A DNA stretch of 64,000 bases from Dehalococcoidia bacterium. Its GTDB lineage: Bacteria > Chloroflexota > Dehalococcoidia > Lucifugimonadales > Lucifugimonadaceae. This document shows positions 1-9,824 of this stretch, piece after piece; within the stretch, counting starts at the first letter, position 1, and every line of letters begins with the position of its first letter. The translations under genes and the position numbers were made by a program. The notes under the pieces were generated by a model that worked only from the letters and a program-made list of their open reading frames with translations, was not told the DNA's origin and searched no databases. The DNA lies in NCBI GenBank assembly GCA_965205325.1, contig OZ242166.1, positions 2,018,107 to 2,082,106 of the forward strand. Reading direction: 5' to 3'.

Positions 1-1248
1 ATTCCGACCTTCAAGCATTTCTGGAGAAAACGACCCTCGACCCTCGACTTCAGTATTGTTCGACTCGGCGAGGTCCGCTGACCCGCCGATCAGGCGAGGC
101 AGCTTGGGGGTAATGGCATGCAACGCTTCTCCAGACACCGCGCGGGTGGCAATCGGCGCGTCGATGGAACCGATGAGGCGATTTAGATCGTCATCCCATC
201 CTTCTGGGAGTAAGCCTAGTAGGTCTTGGAGGAAACGTTCTGCCAGTTCAGGATAGTCGTCTTTGTAGGCATCGAAACGAGCATGCCATTCGTCTGATAG
301 ATGCTGACCGCGTTCGACCGAGGCCTGCATGTGTTCGTAAACATCCGATGGGATGTCGAACGGCTCGTAGCCCCATCCCAGTTGCGCTCTCGTCAACTCG
401 ATTTCATCGCCACCCATCGCTTTGCCGTGGACAGCACCGGTCCCTGCTAGATTCGGGCTACCATACCCGATGATCGACCGGACCGTTACGAGCGTCGGCT
501 TGTCTGGCTCATCGTCAGCAGCTTTCAGGGCGTTTATGATCCCTTCCAGATCGTTGCCGTCGACCGGATCGACGATGTGGAAACCGTACGCCTCGTAACG
601 AGCAGACACGTTTTCCCGGAACGCCTTGTCAGTGTCGCCCTCGATGGAGATCTGATTGTCGTCGTAGATGACGACCAACTTGCCCAGTTGAAGCGTACCT
701 GCGAACGATGCCGCTTCTGCTGCCACGCCCTCCATCATGTCGCCGTCGGAGCAGATTGCGTAGGTCTTGTGGTTGACTATCTTGTGGCCCGGACGGTTGA
801 AGGTGTTGGCAAGGATCTTCTCGGCGAGCGCGAACCCAACTGCGTTGCCAAGCCCTTGGCCCAACGGCCCAGTAGTCGCCTCAACTCCGGCCGTCAACCC
901 GTACTCGGGATGTCCTGGTGTTTTGCTTTCCCATTGGCGAAAATCTTTGATCTCGTCTAACGGGAGGTCGTAGCCAGTTAGGTGGAGCATCGAGTAGAGA
1001 AGCATCGATGCATGACCTGCAGATAGCACGACGCGGTCTCTGTCCGTCCAGTCTGGCGTGCCAGGAGCATGTTTGAGAACGTGTTGCCACAGGGCGTAAG
1101 CGGTCGGGGCCAACCCCATTGGTGCGCCGGGGTGTCCGCTGTTCGCCTTCTCGACCGCATCGATAGAGAGGAAGCGGATGGCATTTATCGACCGCCACGC
1201 GACATCGCTGTCGATGGTGGTTTCGGAGACAGTTTGGACGTTTGACAA
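1..1248 (-). CDS. tkt: Transketolase, N-terminal ~416 codons (3' end runs off the window start)
   Basis: Hand translation of the minus strand gives [63 protein letters not shown] and [10 protein letters not shown]. These are the TPP-binding N-terminal motifs of transketolase. Absent from the ORF track because there is no in-window stop. Putative TTG start at 1248; the frame ends exactly at nt 1. Confidence 0.9.
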   Translation of the reverse strand, partial: MSNVQTVSETTIDSDVAWRSINAIRFLSIDAVEKANSGHPGAPMGLAPTAYALWQHVLKHAPGTPDWTDRDRVVLSAGHASMLLYSMLHLTGYDLPLDEIKDFRQWESKTPGHPEYGLTAGVEATTGPLGQGLGNAVGFALAEKILANTFNRPGHKIVNHKTYAICSDGDMMEGVAAEAASFAGTLQLGKLVVIYDDNQISIEGDTDKAFRENVSARYEAYGFHIVDPVDGNDLEGIINALKAADDEPDKPTLVTVRSIIGYGSPNLAGTGAVHGKAMGGDEIELTRAQLGWGYEPFDIPSDVYEHMQASVERGQHLSDEWHARFDAYKDDYPELAERFLQDLLGLLPEGWDDDLNRLIGSIDAPIATRAVSGEALHAITPKLPRLIGGSADLAESNNTEVEGRGSFSPEMLEGRN

Positions 1249-1342
1249 GGCGGGTAGTGGCTGGGTTTTGGCGATCTGGACGCGCCGAATTACGAAATCG
1301 GCAACCTAGACGATTCTATTCCTTCACTACCGCGCAACTAGG

Positions 1343-2308
1343 TCATGCGCCTTTTACGTTAAGGCGTACGGAATATAGCGAAACATCCCCGCAGATGTAG
1401 AGGGTTTTCCGGTCTTGGTCACCGAAGGTGCAGTTGGCGGTGCGTTGTTCGGGGATGAGGATTTTGCCAATCAACTCGCCCTCGGGTGTGAAGCAATGGA
1501 TGCCATCGTGAGCGCTCGTCCAGATGTTTCCTTGGACGTCGCAACGGAAGCCGTCGGCGATGCCCGGCCTGACGACAGCGAAAATACGGAAGTTGCTCAA
1601 TGACTTGCCGTCTGCGTTGACATCAAAAGCGGCGACGTTTCTAGGTTCGCCGCTGTCCGCGACGTAGAGGATGGACTCGTCAGGTGAGAAGGCCAAACCG
1701 TTGGGGCGGTCTAATTCGCTGACGACGATGGAGATGTTGCCGCTATCAGGTTCTAGTCGGTATACGTAGTTGCCGTCGAGTTCAGATTCGCGAGCGTTGC
1801 CTTCTCGGCCACTTAGAATGCCGTAGGGCGGATCGGTGAACCAGATGGAGCCGTCGGATTTGACGACGAGATCGTTGGGAGAGTTTAGTTTCTTGCCTTC
1901 GAAACTGTCTACTAGGATGTGGTGTTCCCCGTCGTGCTCCAATCTGCTGATGGCGTGTCGCAGATGTTCGCAGGTAACTAGACGTCCTTCGTTGTCGACG
2001 GTGTTGCCGTTGCTGAAGTGGCTCGGTTCGCGGAAGGTCGTGGTTTCGCCAGTGCTTGGGTCGAACTTCAGCATCCGGTTGTTTGGGACGTCAGAGAAGA
2101 CCACAAAACCACCTGTGCCGTTGCGGGCTGGCACATAGGCGGGACCTTCTGCCCACTCGGTTCCGGTGTAGTGCTTGACGATCTCAACGTCGTCGCCACC
2201 GATTAGCTCGCGGAAACTCGTGTGTACGATGACCGCGCCGGAACGCAGGTCGGTATCAGGACGGAACTGGTTACGGTTTGACCAAGTCTTGTTAGGTGCT
2301 CGAGACAT
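1343..2308 (-). CDS. SMP-30/gluconolactonase/LRE-family beta-propeller (lactonase-like) protein
   Basis: 321-aa ORF with family-typical strings NRMLKFDP, NGNTVDNEGRLVTCEH, LNSPNDLVVKSDGSIWFTDPPYG and PNGLAFSPDESILYVADS. Clear paralog of 3117..4019. Confidence 0.85.
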   Translation of the reverse strand: MSRAPNKTWSNRNQFRPDTDLRSGAVIVHTSFRELIGGDDVEIVKHYTGTEWAEGPAYVPARNGTGGFVVFSDVPNNRMLKFDPSTGETTTFREPSHFSNGNTVDNEGRLVTCEHLRHAISRLEHDGEHHILVDSFEGKKLNSPNDLVVKSDGSIWFTDPPYGILSGREGNARESELDGNYVYRLEPDSGNISIVVSELDRPNGLAFSPDESILYVADSGEPRNVAAFDVNADGKSLSNFRIFAVVRPGIADGFRCDVQGNIWTSAHDGIHCFTPEGELIGKILIPEQRTANCTFGDQDRKTLYICGDVSLYSVRLNVKGA

Positions 2309-2369
2309 TTGAGTTCTATCGTTGCTTCTTCGTGATGATCTTGATCCACATTACTTTATTCCGCCACGT

Positions 2370-3040
2370 TTAGATTGCCGCCAAGACCGTCAAGAGTTCG
2401 CGCAAAGGCATGTCAGCAAGGGACTCCAATCGCAGATCAGCGTCGTCAAACGAGAGATTTTTGGTCATCGGGCCGGGAACCGCGATGCAATAGAGTCCTG
2501 CGCTCTTCGCGGCCTTAACCCCAGGCAGCGAGTCTTCGAGTGCGAATGCTTGATAGGCAGTAACGCCGAGGTTGGAGACCGCGGCTAGGTAGGCAGCAGG
2601 ATCGGGCTTGGCTCTACCCTCGACATCGTCGCGGCAGACGATGGTATCGAAGTGATCAGATAGACCGAGTTGATCGAGTCTATCCACGACCCAAGATCGC
2701 CTAGAACCGGAGGCGACACCCAGATGGATACCCAGTTGTATGGCGGTTTGGATATATTCTTCGACACCGGGCATGGGAGCGGCGTTCTCCAGCATTTCGA
2801 TGTGGAGTGCTTTCTGACGTTTGCGCACCTCGGCGCGATCGATTGGTTGACCAGTCAATTCGGCGAGGTGTTGGTCGATGCTGAAGTCCTGAGTGGCGTC
2901 TCCAATGATCGGCAACCACATCGATAGGGGAAGTTCAACACCGTAGGCGCGATACATGGCTTGCCATGCCTCGTAGTCGGTTTTTCGGTGTCTAGGATCA
3001 GTCCGTCGAAGTCGAAGACAATGGCTTTGATGTGCTTCAT
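2370..3040 (-). pseudogene. HAD-superfamily hydrolase (beta-phosphoglucomutase-like) interrupted by a 1-nt frameshift
   Basis: HAD motif I (MKHIKAIVFDFDGLILDTE) is read from ATG 3040 in the frame of ORF 2855..3133. The rest (DYEAWQAMYRAYGVELPL, GVASGS, EDSLPGVKAAKSAGL) is in the frame of ORF 2370..2957. The frames switch at the T5 run 2981..2985. The span is 671 nt, not a multiple of 3. Adding one A restores DTEKTDYEAWQAMY. Confidence 0.7.
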
Positions 3041-3080
3041 GTCGGAAGCGGAAGATTGTGGGCGCATCCTAGTGCCCCGG

Positions 3081-3113
3081 CCCTCTGGATTCCGGCTTTC
3101 GCCGGAATGACGG
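3081..3113 (+). repeat. Family A hairpin repeat (ccctctggATTCCGGCtttcGCCGGAATgacgg)
   Basis: Intergenic, between the HAD pseudogene and the SMP-30 paralog. 8-bp stem with a 4-nt loop. Near-identical copies at 17846, 33191 and 58006. Confidence 0.85.
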
Positions 3114-3116
3114 GCG

Positions 3117-4019
3117 CTATGCCCCCTGCGCATTCAGGTCGACTGACCATAGCGACGAGGTAGCGCCAATGAACAATCGCTGACGGTCAGACATGCCAAA
3201 GGAGCAGTTCGCGGCTACCTCGGGCGTCAGGATTTTGCCGATCAAGTCACCCCTGGGATTGAAGACTTGGATGCCGTCACCTGCGGAGACGTAGAGGTTG
3301 CCATCGGTGTCGCAGCGGAAACCATCAGGCACTCCCGGCTCAATGTCTGCGAAGACCGTCGGGTTTACGAGCGATTCCCCGCCGGGTGTAACGTCGAAGC
3401 GCATCACGCGGTGGTTGCGGAACTCGCCATGAGTTCGACCCGTATCGCCGATGTAGAGGACGGATTCATCGGAGCTGAAAGCGATCCCGTTCGGCTTATC
3501 GAAGTCTTCAGATACGACTGTTATGTCCAACGTTTCGCCGTCGACTCGGAAGACCCGATTACGGTCCTGCTCCGGTTTGTCACCATGTCCGAATTCGGGG
3601 TGCAGGAACCCGTAGTCCGGGTCAGTGAACCAGATTGAACCGTCGGACTTAACGACGACGTCGTTCGGCGAGGTGAGTTTCCCGCCCATGTAACTTGCTG
3701 CAACGGGGATTAACGAACCGTCGTGTTCGAGTCGAACTACGGCGCGCCCCCGAGTCAGACATGAAAGGACGCGCCCTTCCAAGTCGACCGTGTTCCCGTT
3801 GGCGCAATCGGAAGGTTGGCGGAAAATCCCGAGGCCGGATGTTTCGTCCCACTTCATGATCCGGTTGTTAGGGAAGTCGCTGACGATGACATAGTTGCGG
3901 GACGGTAACCAGCAGACGCCTTCGGCGAATACCAAGTCACTGGTCAACAGCGTCAATTCTGGTGAGTCACCGACAATCCGTTGGAATTCGTCTGAGTAGA
4001 TTTCGCAGGGTCCAGACAT
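3117..4019 (-). CDS. SMP-30/gluconolactonase/LRE-family protein (paralog)
   Basis: 300-aa ORF with NRIMKWDE, NGNTVDLEGRVLSC, LTSPNDVVVKSDGSIWFTDPDYG and PNGIAFSSDESVLYIGDT. Confidence 0.85.
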   Translation of the reverse strand: MSGPCEIYSDEFQRIVGDSPELTLLTSDLVFAEGVCWLPSRNYVIVSDFPNNRIMKWDETSGLGIFRQPSDCANGNTVDLEGRVLSCLTRGRAVVRLEHDGSLIPVAASYMGGKLTSPNDVVVKSDGSIWFTDPDYGFLHPEFGHGDKPEQDRNRVFRVDGETLDITVVSEDFDKPNGIAFSSDESVLYIGDTGRTHGEFRNHRVMRFDVTPGGESLVNPTVFADIEPGVPDGFRCDTDGNLYVSAGDGIQVFNPRGDLIGKILTPEVAANCSFGMSDRQRLFIGATSSLWSVDLNAQGA

Positions 4020-4207
4020 CCGAAACAGCTCCTATGCGTTAAGGCCTGGTGAGGGTCAGATGGTTTTGTGCTGTGCGAAGTTTATCGCATCGGTTGAGAT
4101 GCCGTTGACGATGTCAGCAGAAGGATACACCGATGGAATTTTCTCGGCATGTTAACCTTCGCGCAACGACAATCAAAACCTCCAGGAATACGACGGAGAA
4201 CAACGAA

Positions 4208-5617
4208 ATGAAGATGTACGTTGCAGGGGATTGGGTGGATCGCGACAACCGGATGGACGTGATCGATCCCTTTACTGGTCAAGCATTTGACACAGTGCCA
4301 AGTGCGTCGGTGGAGGATGTTGTGCTCACGGCGAAAGCGGCGGAAGATGGCAGGGCGCAGATGGCTCGCTTAACGGGCATGGATCGTTACGAGATCCTTA
4401 TGCATGCGGTTGAGATCATCCAGTCGCGGAAAGAGGACCTGGGCCAGACGATCACGCGTGAAGAAGGCAAAGTTATCTCTGAGGGGCGGTTGGAAGTTGA
4501 TCGTGCGGTCCAGACGATGACGTGGTCGGCGGAGGAAGCGAAACGTCTTCGTGGCGAAACGATTCCACTCGACGCGTCACCGGGCAACGCCGGGAAGTTC
4601 GGATTCACGGTTCGAGTTCCGGTCGGGATCGTTGCCGCGATCGCGCCATTCAACTTCCCCTTGAATCTCGTCGCCCACAAAGTCGGACCCGCTCTCGCAG
4701 CTGGCAATGCCGTAATCATCAAACCGGCATCAGATACTCCGCTATCAGCCCTGAAGCTCACAGAGATCCTGCTTGATGCAGGGGTGCCCGACATGGCGGT
4801 GCAATGCATCACGGGATCTGGTCGAACTATCGGCGATGCATTGGTCTCCCAACCGAATGTTCGCAAGGTCACGTTCACTGGGTCTCGCGAGATCGGGGAA
4901 CGCATCACCCGGATGGCCGGGTTGAAGAAGGTGACGATGGAACTTGGTTCCAACTCCCCGTTGATCGTAATGCCGGATGCCGACATGGACAAAGTGGCTG
5001 CGGCAACAGCGCAGAGCGGTTACGCCAATGCGGGCCAAGTCTGCATCTCAACGCAAAGGGTCATCGTCCAAGAGACTGCGTATGGTGACTACATTGACGC
5101 TCTTAAGCCGGCGGTCGAGGCGCTTTCTTACGGCGACCCGAAAGAAGACGCGACGAATATGGGTCCGTTGGTTCGCGAATCCGACGCGGCGAGAGTGGAG
5201 AGTTGGGTCAACGAAGCGGTTGAAGGAGGGGCACGAGTCGTTGCGGGTGGCACACGTGAAGGCGCGATTATGACGCCGACGATATTGGCCGATGTAGATC
5301 CAAACATGCGAGTGTCTCGAGAAGAAGTATTCGGGCCGACAGTGGCGATCACACCTGCATCGGATATCGACGAAGCGATCGAGCTCGCCAACGATACAGA
5401 CTTTGGTCTGGCCGCGGCGATATTCACTCAGGACGTAGACCACGCCATGCGGTTCGCGTTGGAGGTAGATTCCGGCAACCTCAACATCAATTCAGGTACC
5501 CAATTCCGCGCCGACATGATGCCTTACGGCGGATTGAAGGACAGCGGGTTTGGGAAAGAGGGCCCGCCGTACGCGATTGATGAGATGACGGAGTTGAAGA
5601 TGGTGGTGTTTCACTAA
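4208..5617 (+). CDS. NAD(P)-dependent aldehyde dehydrogenase family protein
   Basis: ORF 4133..5617. ALDH strings FNFPLNL, VTFTGSREIG, catalytic Glu region MELGSNSPLIV and catalytic Cys region NAGQVCISTQR. ATG 4208 is preferred because GGAGA lies about 8 nt upstream. Confidence 0.9.
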   Translation: MKMYVAGDWVDRDNRMDVIDPFTGQAFDTVPSASVEDVVLTAKAAEDGRAQMARLTGMDRYEILMHAVEIIQSRKEDLGQTITREEGKVISEGRLEVDRAVQTMTWSAEEAKRLRGETIPLDASPGNAGKFGFTVRVPVGIVAAIAPFNFPLNLVAHKVGPALAAGNAVIIKPASDTPLSALKLTEILLDAGVPDMAVQCITGSGRTIGDALVSQPNVRKVTFTGSREIGERITRMAGLKKVTMELGSNSPLIVMPDADMDKVAAATAQSGYANAGQVCISTQRVIVQETAYGDYIDALKPAVEALSYGDPKEDATNMGPLVRESDAARVESWVNEAVEGGARVVAGGTREGAIMTPTILADVDPNMRVSREEVFGPTVAITPASDIDEAIELANDTDFGLAAAIFTQDVDHAMRFALEVDSGNLNINSGTQFRADMMPYGGLKDSGFGKEGPPYAIDEMTELKMVVFH

Positions 5618-5684
5618 TCAGGATGCGACTCGACCTACGCGTATCATGGGGATGAAACCTAGCTGAGGCGTTTCAGAGACATCA

Positions 5685-5951
5685 ATGGCACAATCTGCGG
5701 CTTCAAAACGCTCCACAGGCGATCGAGCAGAAGAGATCTATAACGCGCGCATCAAACACCAACTAAGCGACGAGCATCTCGGAGATTTTCTGGCAATCGA
5801 AGTAAACACAGGTGAATTTGAAGTTGGAGATGATGCTCTGTCTGTGATGACGGCATTGCACGAACGTATAGACAACGCTGAAGTGTTTCTCATGAAACAC
5901 GGATCGATGCATGCCTACACTCTGGGGTATTTCCCGCACGATCCCGAGTGA
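5685..5951 (+). CDS. Small hypothetical protein (88 aa) coupled to the downstream retropepsin-like protease
   Basis: ORF whose TGA stop (5949..5951) overlaps the GTG/ATG start of the next gene. No family recognised. Confidence 0.55.
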   Translation: MAQSAASKRSTGDRAEEIYNARIKHQLSDEHLGDFLAIEVNTGEFEVGDDALSVMTALHERIDNAEVFLMKHGSMHAYTLGYFPHDPE

Positions 5952-6331
5952 TGTTGAGAGGCAACGTTCGTCGATTCGGAGGTGCGCTGTATCCGGTATG
6001 TGTTGTGCACCTTTTCGGCGATAGCGGGGTTCCGGCGCGATTGGAAACAGATATCGACACCGGTTTTTCGGGATTGATGACACTGCCTGTTACGACGGTC
6101 GAACAGATGGATCTCCAAAAAGTAGGCGAGGCAAGAGCTTTCTTGGCAGACGGAATAGAAAGAGAATACGATCTCCACAAAGTGGATGTCGATTGGTTCG
6201 GCGAGTTACGCCCTATCGAAGCACTGTGCATGGGCAGGTTTCCGCTTCTAGGCATGGCAATGATGGAAGGCCTCGATTTGCACGTACAGGTTGGGGATCG
6301 TGGCCAAATCACGCTTACGGAGACCGTGTAA
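5948..6331 (+). CDS. Retropepsin-like (clan AA) aspartic protease, single-lobe
   Basis: 127-aa ORF with the active-site context LETDIDTGFSGLMTLP (D-T/S-G). Size and layout fit bacterial/archaeal homodimeric retropepsin-like proteases. Confidence 0.7.
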   Translation: MMLRGNVRRFGGALYPVCVVHLFGDSGVPARLETDIDTGFSGLMTLPVTTVEQMDLQKVGEARAFLADGIEREYDLHKVDVDWFGELRPIEALCMGRFPLLGMAMMEGLDLHVQVGDRGQITLTETV

Positions 6332-6374
6332 TTGATAGTCGAAATCAACCCAGAGTGAGGAAACCACGTCAGCC

Positions 6375-7664
6375 ATGTCTCCCAAAATTTCGTTGATCGG
6401 TGCAGGAAGCGTGGTTTTCGCGCGCCGCCTCCTACAAGATGTTGCTTGCACGCCCTCGTTGAGGGATTCGCAGATCTCGTTGATGGATGTTGATGAGGAG
6501 CGGTTGCAGGTCATTGGAGACTTCGCGAAAAAACTCTTCAGCGAGGTTGGATCAAGCGCCAAGATCGAGACGACTACTGATCGTCGGCAATCGCTGGCGG
6601 AATCCGATTACGTGTTGACGACGATCAGGGTCGGTGACAAGTTCGAGCGGGACATCGACATCCCTCGAAAATACGGCATCGATCAGGCGGTCGGTGACAC
6701 CGTCGGACCCGGTGGTGTATTCAAGGCTCTCCGCACCGTTCCGGTTCTGATCGACATGGCACAGGACATTGACGACGTTGCGCCTGATGCCACATTGCTC
6801 AACTACACGAACCCGATGGCTATGGCTTGTTGGGGTATTACCTCTGAGGCGGATGTGCCGACCATCGGCCTTTGTCACAGCGTTCAGCGTACGACCGAAG
6901 ATTTGGCGGACTACATCGGTGCGCCGCGCGATGAAGTCTCGGCTTGGGTGGCGGGGATTAATCACCTCGCCTGGTTCATGCGATTTGAACGGAACGGTGG
7001 GGACGCATACCCAGCACTTCGAGAGGCGATGAATAATCCCGAAATCTTTGCGTTGGATACCGTCCGTTTTGAGGTTATGAAGCATTTCGGATATTTCGTG
7101 ACGGAATCGACGCGACATATGTCTGAATACGTGCCGTACTTTCGGACCGACGAATCGGTGATGGATCAATTCCGGCTGAATGAGATCAGGCAGGATTTGC
7201 AGCGTCGGGTGAAAAGAGTGGATGATCACATGACGCAGTTGGAGCGGGATGCTTATGGGGATGATCCGATTGGGCCGAGTCGGTCTGATGAGTATGCGTG
7301 TCGGATCATGGAGGCGATGGAGACCGGCAACAAGATCGTGATTAATGGAAACGTGCCGAACGATGGGTTGGTGGACAATCTGCCGTTCGGGTCGTGTGTG
7401 GAGGTGCCGATATTGATCGACGAGTTGGGCTTTCATCCAATGCCTGTCGGGGAGTTGCCGCCGCAGTGTGCGTCGTTGTCGCGGGCGAATGTGGCGGTGC
7501 AGGAGATGGGCGTCGTTGCGGTGCTTGAGCGTTCACGTGAAGCGGCGTTTCACGCGGTTGCTTTGGATCCTTTGACTGGCGCGATCCTTTCGTTGGATGA
7601 GATACGGTCAATGTTCGATGAGATGTGGGATGCCCACGGCGACGAGTTGGCGGAGTATCAGTAG
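6375..7664 (+). CDS. Glycoside hydrolase family 4 (NAD/Mn-dependent alpha-glucosidase/alpha-galactosidase-like)
   Basis: 429-aa ORF. N-terminal Rossmann KISLIGAGSVVF, plus NYTNPMAM and IGLCHSVQ strings typical of GH4. Confidence 0.85.
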   Translation: MSPKISLIGAGSVVFARRLLQDVACTPSLRDSQISLMDVDEERLQVIGDFAKKLFSEVGSSAKIETTTDRRQSLAESDYVLTTIRVGDKFERDIDIPRKYGIDQAVGDTVGPGGVFKALRTVPVLIDMAQDIDDVAPDATLLNYTNPMAMACWGITSEADVPTIGLCHSVQRTTEDLADYIGAPRDEVSAWVAGINHLAWFMRFERNGGDAYPALREAMNNPEIFALDTVRFEVMKHFGYFVTESTRHMSEYVPYFRTDESVMDQFRLNEIRQDLQRRVKRVDDHMTQLERDAYGDDPIGPSRSDEYACRIMEAMETGNKIVINGNVPNDGLVDNLPFGSCVEVPILIDELGFHPMPVGELPPQCASLSRANVAVQEMGVVAVLERSREAAFHAVALDPLTGAILSLDEIRSMFDEMWDAHGDELAEYQ

Positions 7665-7705
7665 ATCGTCCGAAGTTTCGACGAAGTTCCGATTCATAGG
7701 AATGA

Positions 7706-8707
7706 GTGATGAAAGCTGCCCAATCGTTTGGCGTTGATGACATTCGGTTTGTCGAGGACGCGCCGGATCCTGAACCTTTGGAGACCGATGCGGTGGTCGC
7801 AACGGAGATGGCATCGTTGTGTGGTTCTGATCTGCATATGGTCGGTAAGGGATGGCAGATGCCGGAGTATCCCGCGCCGCCCGGACATCCTGGGCACGAG
7901 GGTGTAGGAGTTGTTCTCGAACCGCCATCGAAGTATCCAGATGGTGAGAGGATCGACGAGCTGGAACCGGGCGATCTGGTGTTGACCGTTCCGCATATCT
8001 GGTACGCGAAGTGTTTTGCGGAGTATCAGGCTGTGGATGCGGCGCACATGCTGAAGATGCCGGCAGGGGCTCCGGTTGAGCATGTATTGATGACGCAGCA
8101 GCTAGGAACGGTGATATTTGCTACGCAGCGTTTGCCTGAGTCGCTGGAGGGATTGACGTGTGTGGTTTTGGGGCAAGGGAGTGCGGGTCTGTTTTGGGAC
8201 TTTGTGCTCAAACGGCGCGGGGCTTCGCGAGTAATCTCGATCGAACCGGTTGACAGTCGTAGGGCGCTGTCGGCGAGATACGGAGCGGATGAGACGGTAG
8301 ACGTAACAGGAGATGCGGCCAAAGACGCGGTTTACGACCTGACCGATGGGAAAGGTGCCGACATCGTCATAGAAGCAGTCGGATCGACGCCGACTTTGAG
8401 CAACGCTTTCCACATGGTGGCTGACGAGGGTTTGTGCGTCCTTTTCGGCTTACCGGACAGCAACGAACCGCAACCGTTCGACTACACCGAAATGTTCAAG
8501 AAGAGGGCGAACGCGTACTCGATCCTCGGGGCTCAGGAGGAGCCGGGGTTGAAGACTTTCCGGCGCGCGTTGTCGTGGATTGTGGAGGGAGAGATCGATA
8601 TGGCACCGATCGTCACGCATTTAATGCCAATTGAGCAGGTGACGGAGGCGTTTGAGTTATCGGAGTCGCGTGAGGATGGTGTTGTGAAGGTGGCGTTGAC
8701 GTTTTGA
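7706..8707 (+). CDS. Zinc-dependent alcohol dehydrogenase (MDR) family oxidoreductase
   Basis: 333-aa ORF with LCGSDLHM, PGHPGHEGVGVV and dinucleotide-binding VVLGQGSAGL. GTG 7706 or ATG 7709 start. Confidence 0.85.
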   Translation: MMKAAQSFGVDDIRFVEDAPDPEPLETDAVVATEMASLCGSDLHMVGKGWQMPEYPAPPGHPGHEGVGVVLEPPSKYPDGERIDELEPGDLVLTVPHIWYAKCFAEYQAVDAAHMLKMPAGAPVEHVLMTQQLGTVIFATQRLPESLEGLTCVVLGQGSAGLFWDFVLKRRGASRVISIEPVDSRRALSARYGADETVDVTGDAAKDAVYDLTDGKGADIVIEAVGSTPTLSNAFHMVADEGLCVLFGLPDSNEPQPFDYTEMFKKRANAYSILGAQEEPGLKTFRRALSWIVEGEIDMAPIVTHLMPIEQVTEAFELSESREDGVVKVALTF

Positions 8708-8773
8708 GGCTCACGATGCGAAAGCAGGTTACGTGTCAAGCAACGGGTGTTATATTGTCAGTAGGATCTTAAG

Positions 8774-8986
8774 ATGACAACGATCAGTGAAATTCAGGAA
8801 GCCATATTAGCTCTGGAGGAGCCTGAACTTGCTGAATTGAAGAAGTGGTTGTCAGGGCTGGATGCGGAACGCCGTTGGGATGAATGGGACGATCAGATCG
8901 TCGTTGATTCGGACTCAGGTAAGCTAGACTTCCTAGAAGATGAAGCGTTGGATGCTAAGGCGAACGGCACGCTCTCAGAGCTTTAA
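8774..8986 (+). CDS. Type II antitoxin-like addiction-module component (70 aa)
   Basis: Small acidic ORF (ELKKWLSGLDAERRWDEWDDQIVVDSDSGKLDFLEDEAL). From memory it resembles antitoxins paired with RelE/ParE-superfamily toxins. A toxin-like remnant follows it directly. Confidence 0.6.
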   Translation: MTTISEIQEAILALEEPELAELKKWLSGLDAERRWDEWDDQIVVDSDSGKLDFLEDEALDAKANGTLSEL

Positions 8987-9203
8987 GTACATCGCACGAC
9001 GCCACAGTTTAGACGGAACTTAGATCAACTTCCGGCTTCTCTCTGAAAATCCGAGGAATCCTTCATTGCGCTTTGGCAAGGTAGGCAGGTTCTGGTCGGC
9101 GCGCGTGGATTTGGCTTATCGAGCGCTCGCGGTTGAAGACGGCGACGATTTCATTTGGGTCTGGATCGGTCACCACGCCGAATACGACCGAATTCTCGGT
9201 TGA
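8987..9203 (+). pseudogene. Decayed RelE/ParE-superfamily-like toxin remnant
   Basis: Hand translation gives HRTTPQFRRNLDQLPASL-stop in one frame. It continues in another frame as LLSENPRNPSLRFGKVGRFWSARVDLAYRALAVEDGDDFIWVWIGHHAEYDRILG-stop (stop 9201..9203). No canonical start codon. There is a frame break and an apparent internal deletion. Confidence 0.5.
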
Positions 9204-9206
9204 AGA

Positions 9207-9824
9207 CTAGTCGTAGTAGTAGCGCTGTTCGCGCCAGGGGTCGCCGTACATGTGGTAGCCGTAGGCTTCCCAGAAGCCGGGGGTGTCGGCGTCCATGAAG
9301 CGAATGCCGCGGATCCATTTGGCAGATTTCCAGAAGTAGAGGTGAGGGACGACCATCCGGATGGGGCCGCCGTGGGATGGTTCGAGGGGTGCACCGTCGA
9401 ACGTGTGAGCCAACATCCCTTTGCCATCTACGACATCTGCGGTCGGAAGGTTGGTCGTGTAGCCGCCGTCGCTATAGGCCATCATGAATTCCGGCGGGTC
9501 GTTGATGCCGGCGTCGGCTAGGAAGTCGTCGATGAGGACACCTCTCCAGTCGGTGTCGAGCTTGCTCCACTTTGTAACGCAATGGATGTCGGTGTGGACA
9601 TCGGTTTGGGGTAGGGCCATCATCTGGTCCCAGTCCCAGACGCCGAGAGCTTCGCCGTTGTAGTCGATGCGGAAGTTCCAGGTGGCGGTGTCGACCTTGG
9701 GAGTAGGGCCTGCGGACAGGACGGGGAAGCCGCGTTCGAGGTATTGGCCCGGCGGGATTCTCCCAGCGTTCTCGTCATCTTCTTGGCGTCGCCTGCCGAA
9801 GAATCCTCTTGTGATTATTCCCAT
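9207..9824 (-). CDS. Sulfite-oxidase-like molybdopterin-binding oxidoreductase domain protein
   Basis: 205-aa ORF with FPVLSAGPTPKVDTATWNF, IHCVTKWSKLDTDWRGV and HGGPIRMVVPHLYFWKSAKWIRGI. Confidence 0.8.
   Translation of the reverse strand: MGIITRGFFGRRRQEDDENAGRIPPGQYLERGFPVLSAGPTPKVDTATWNFRIDYNGEALGVWDWDQMMALPQTDVHTDIHCVTKWSKLDTDWRGVLIDDFLADAGINDPPEFMMAYSDGGYTTNLPTADVVDGKGMLAHTFDGAPLEPSHGGPIRMVVPHLYFWKSAKWIRGIRFMDADTPGFWEAYGYHMYGDPWREQRYYYD

Noticed and set aside
577-973. Plus-strand ORFs at 56..256, 577..960 and 767..973
   Set aside because: They lie antisense to the clearly coding transketolase frame.
6552-7436. Long antisense or alternate-frame ORFs within strong genes (6552..7436, 13405..13821, 14100..14498, 36276..36962, 38803..39729, 43951..44655, 55837..56733, 60075..60923, 61834..62490)
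   Set aside because: Each is nested in a gene with clear family motifs on the other strand or frame. They have biased R/P/H composition typical of GC-rich shadow ORFs.
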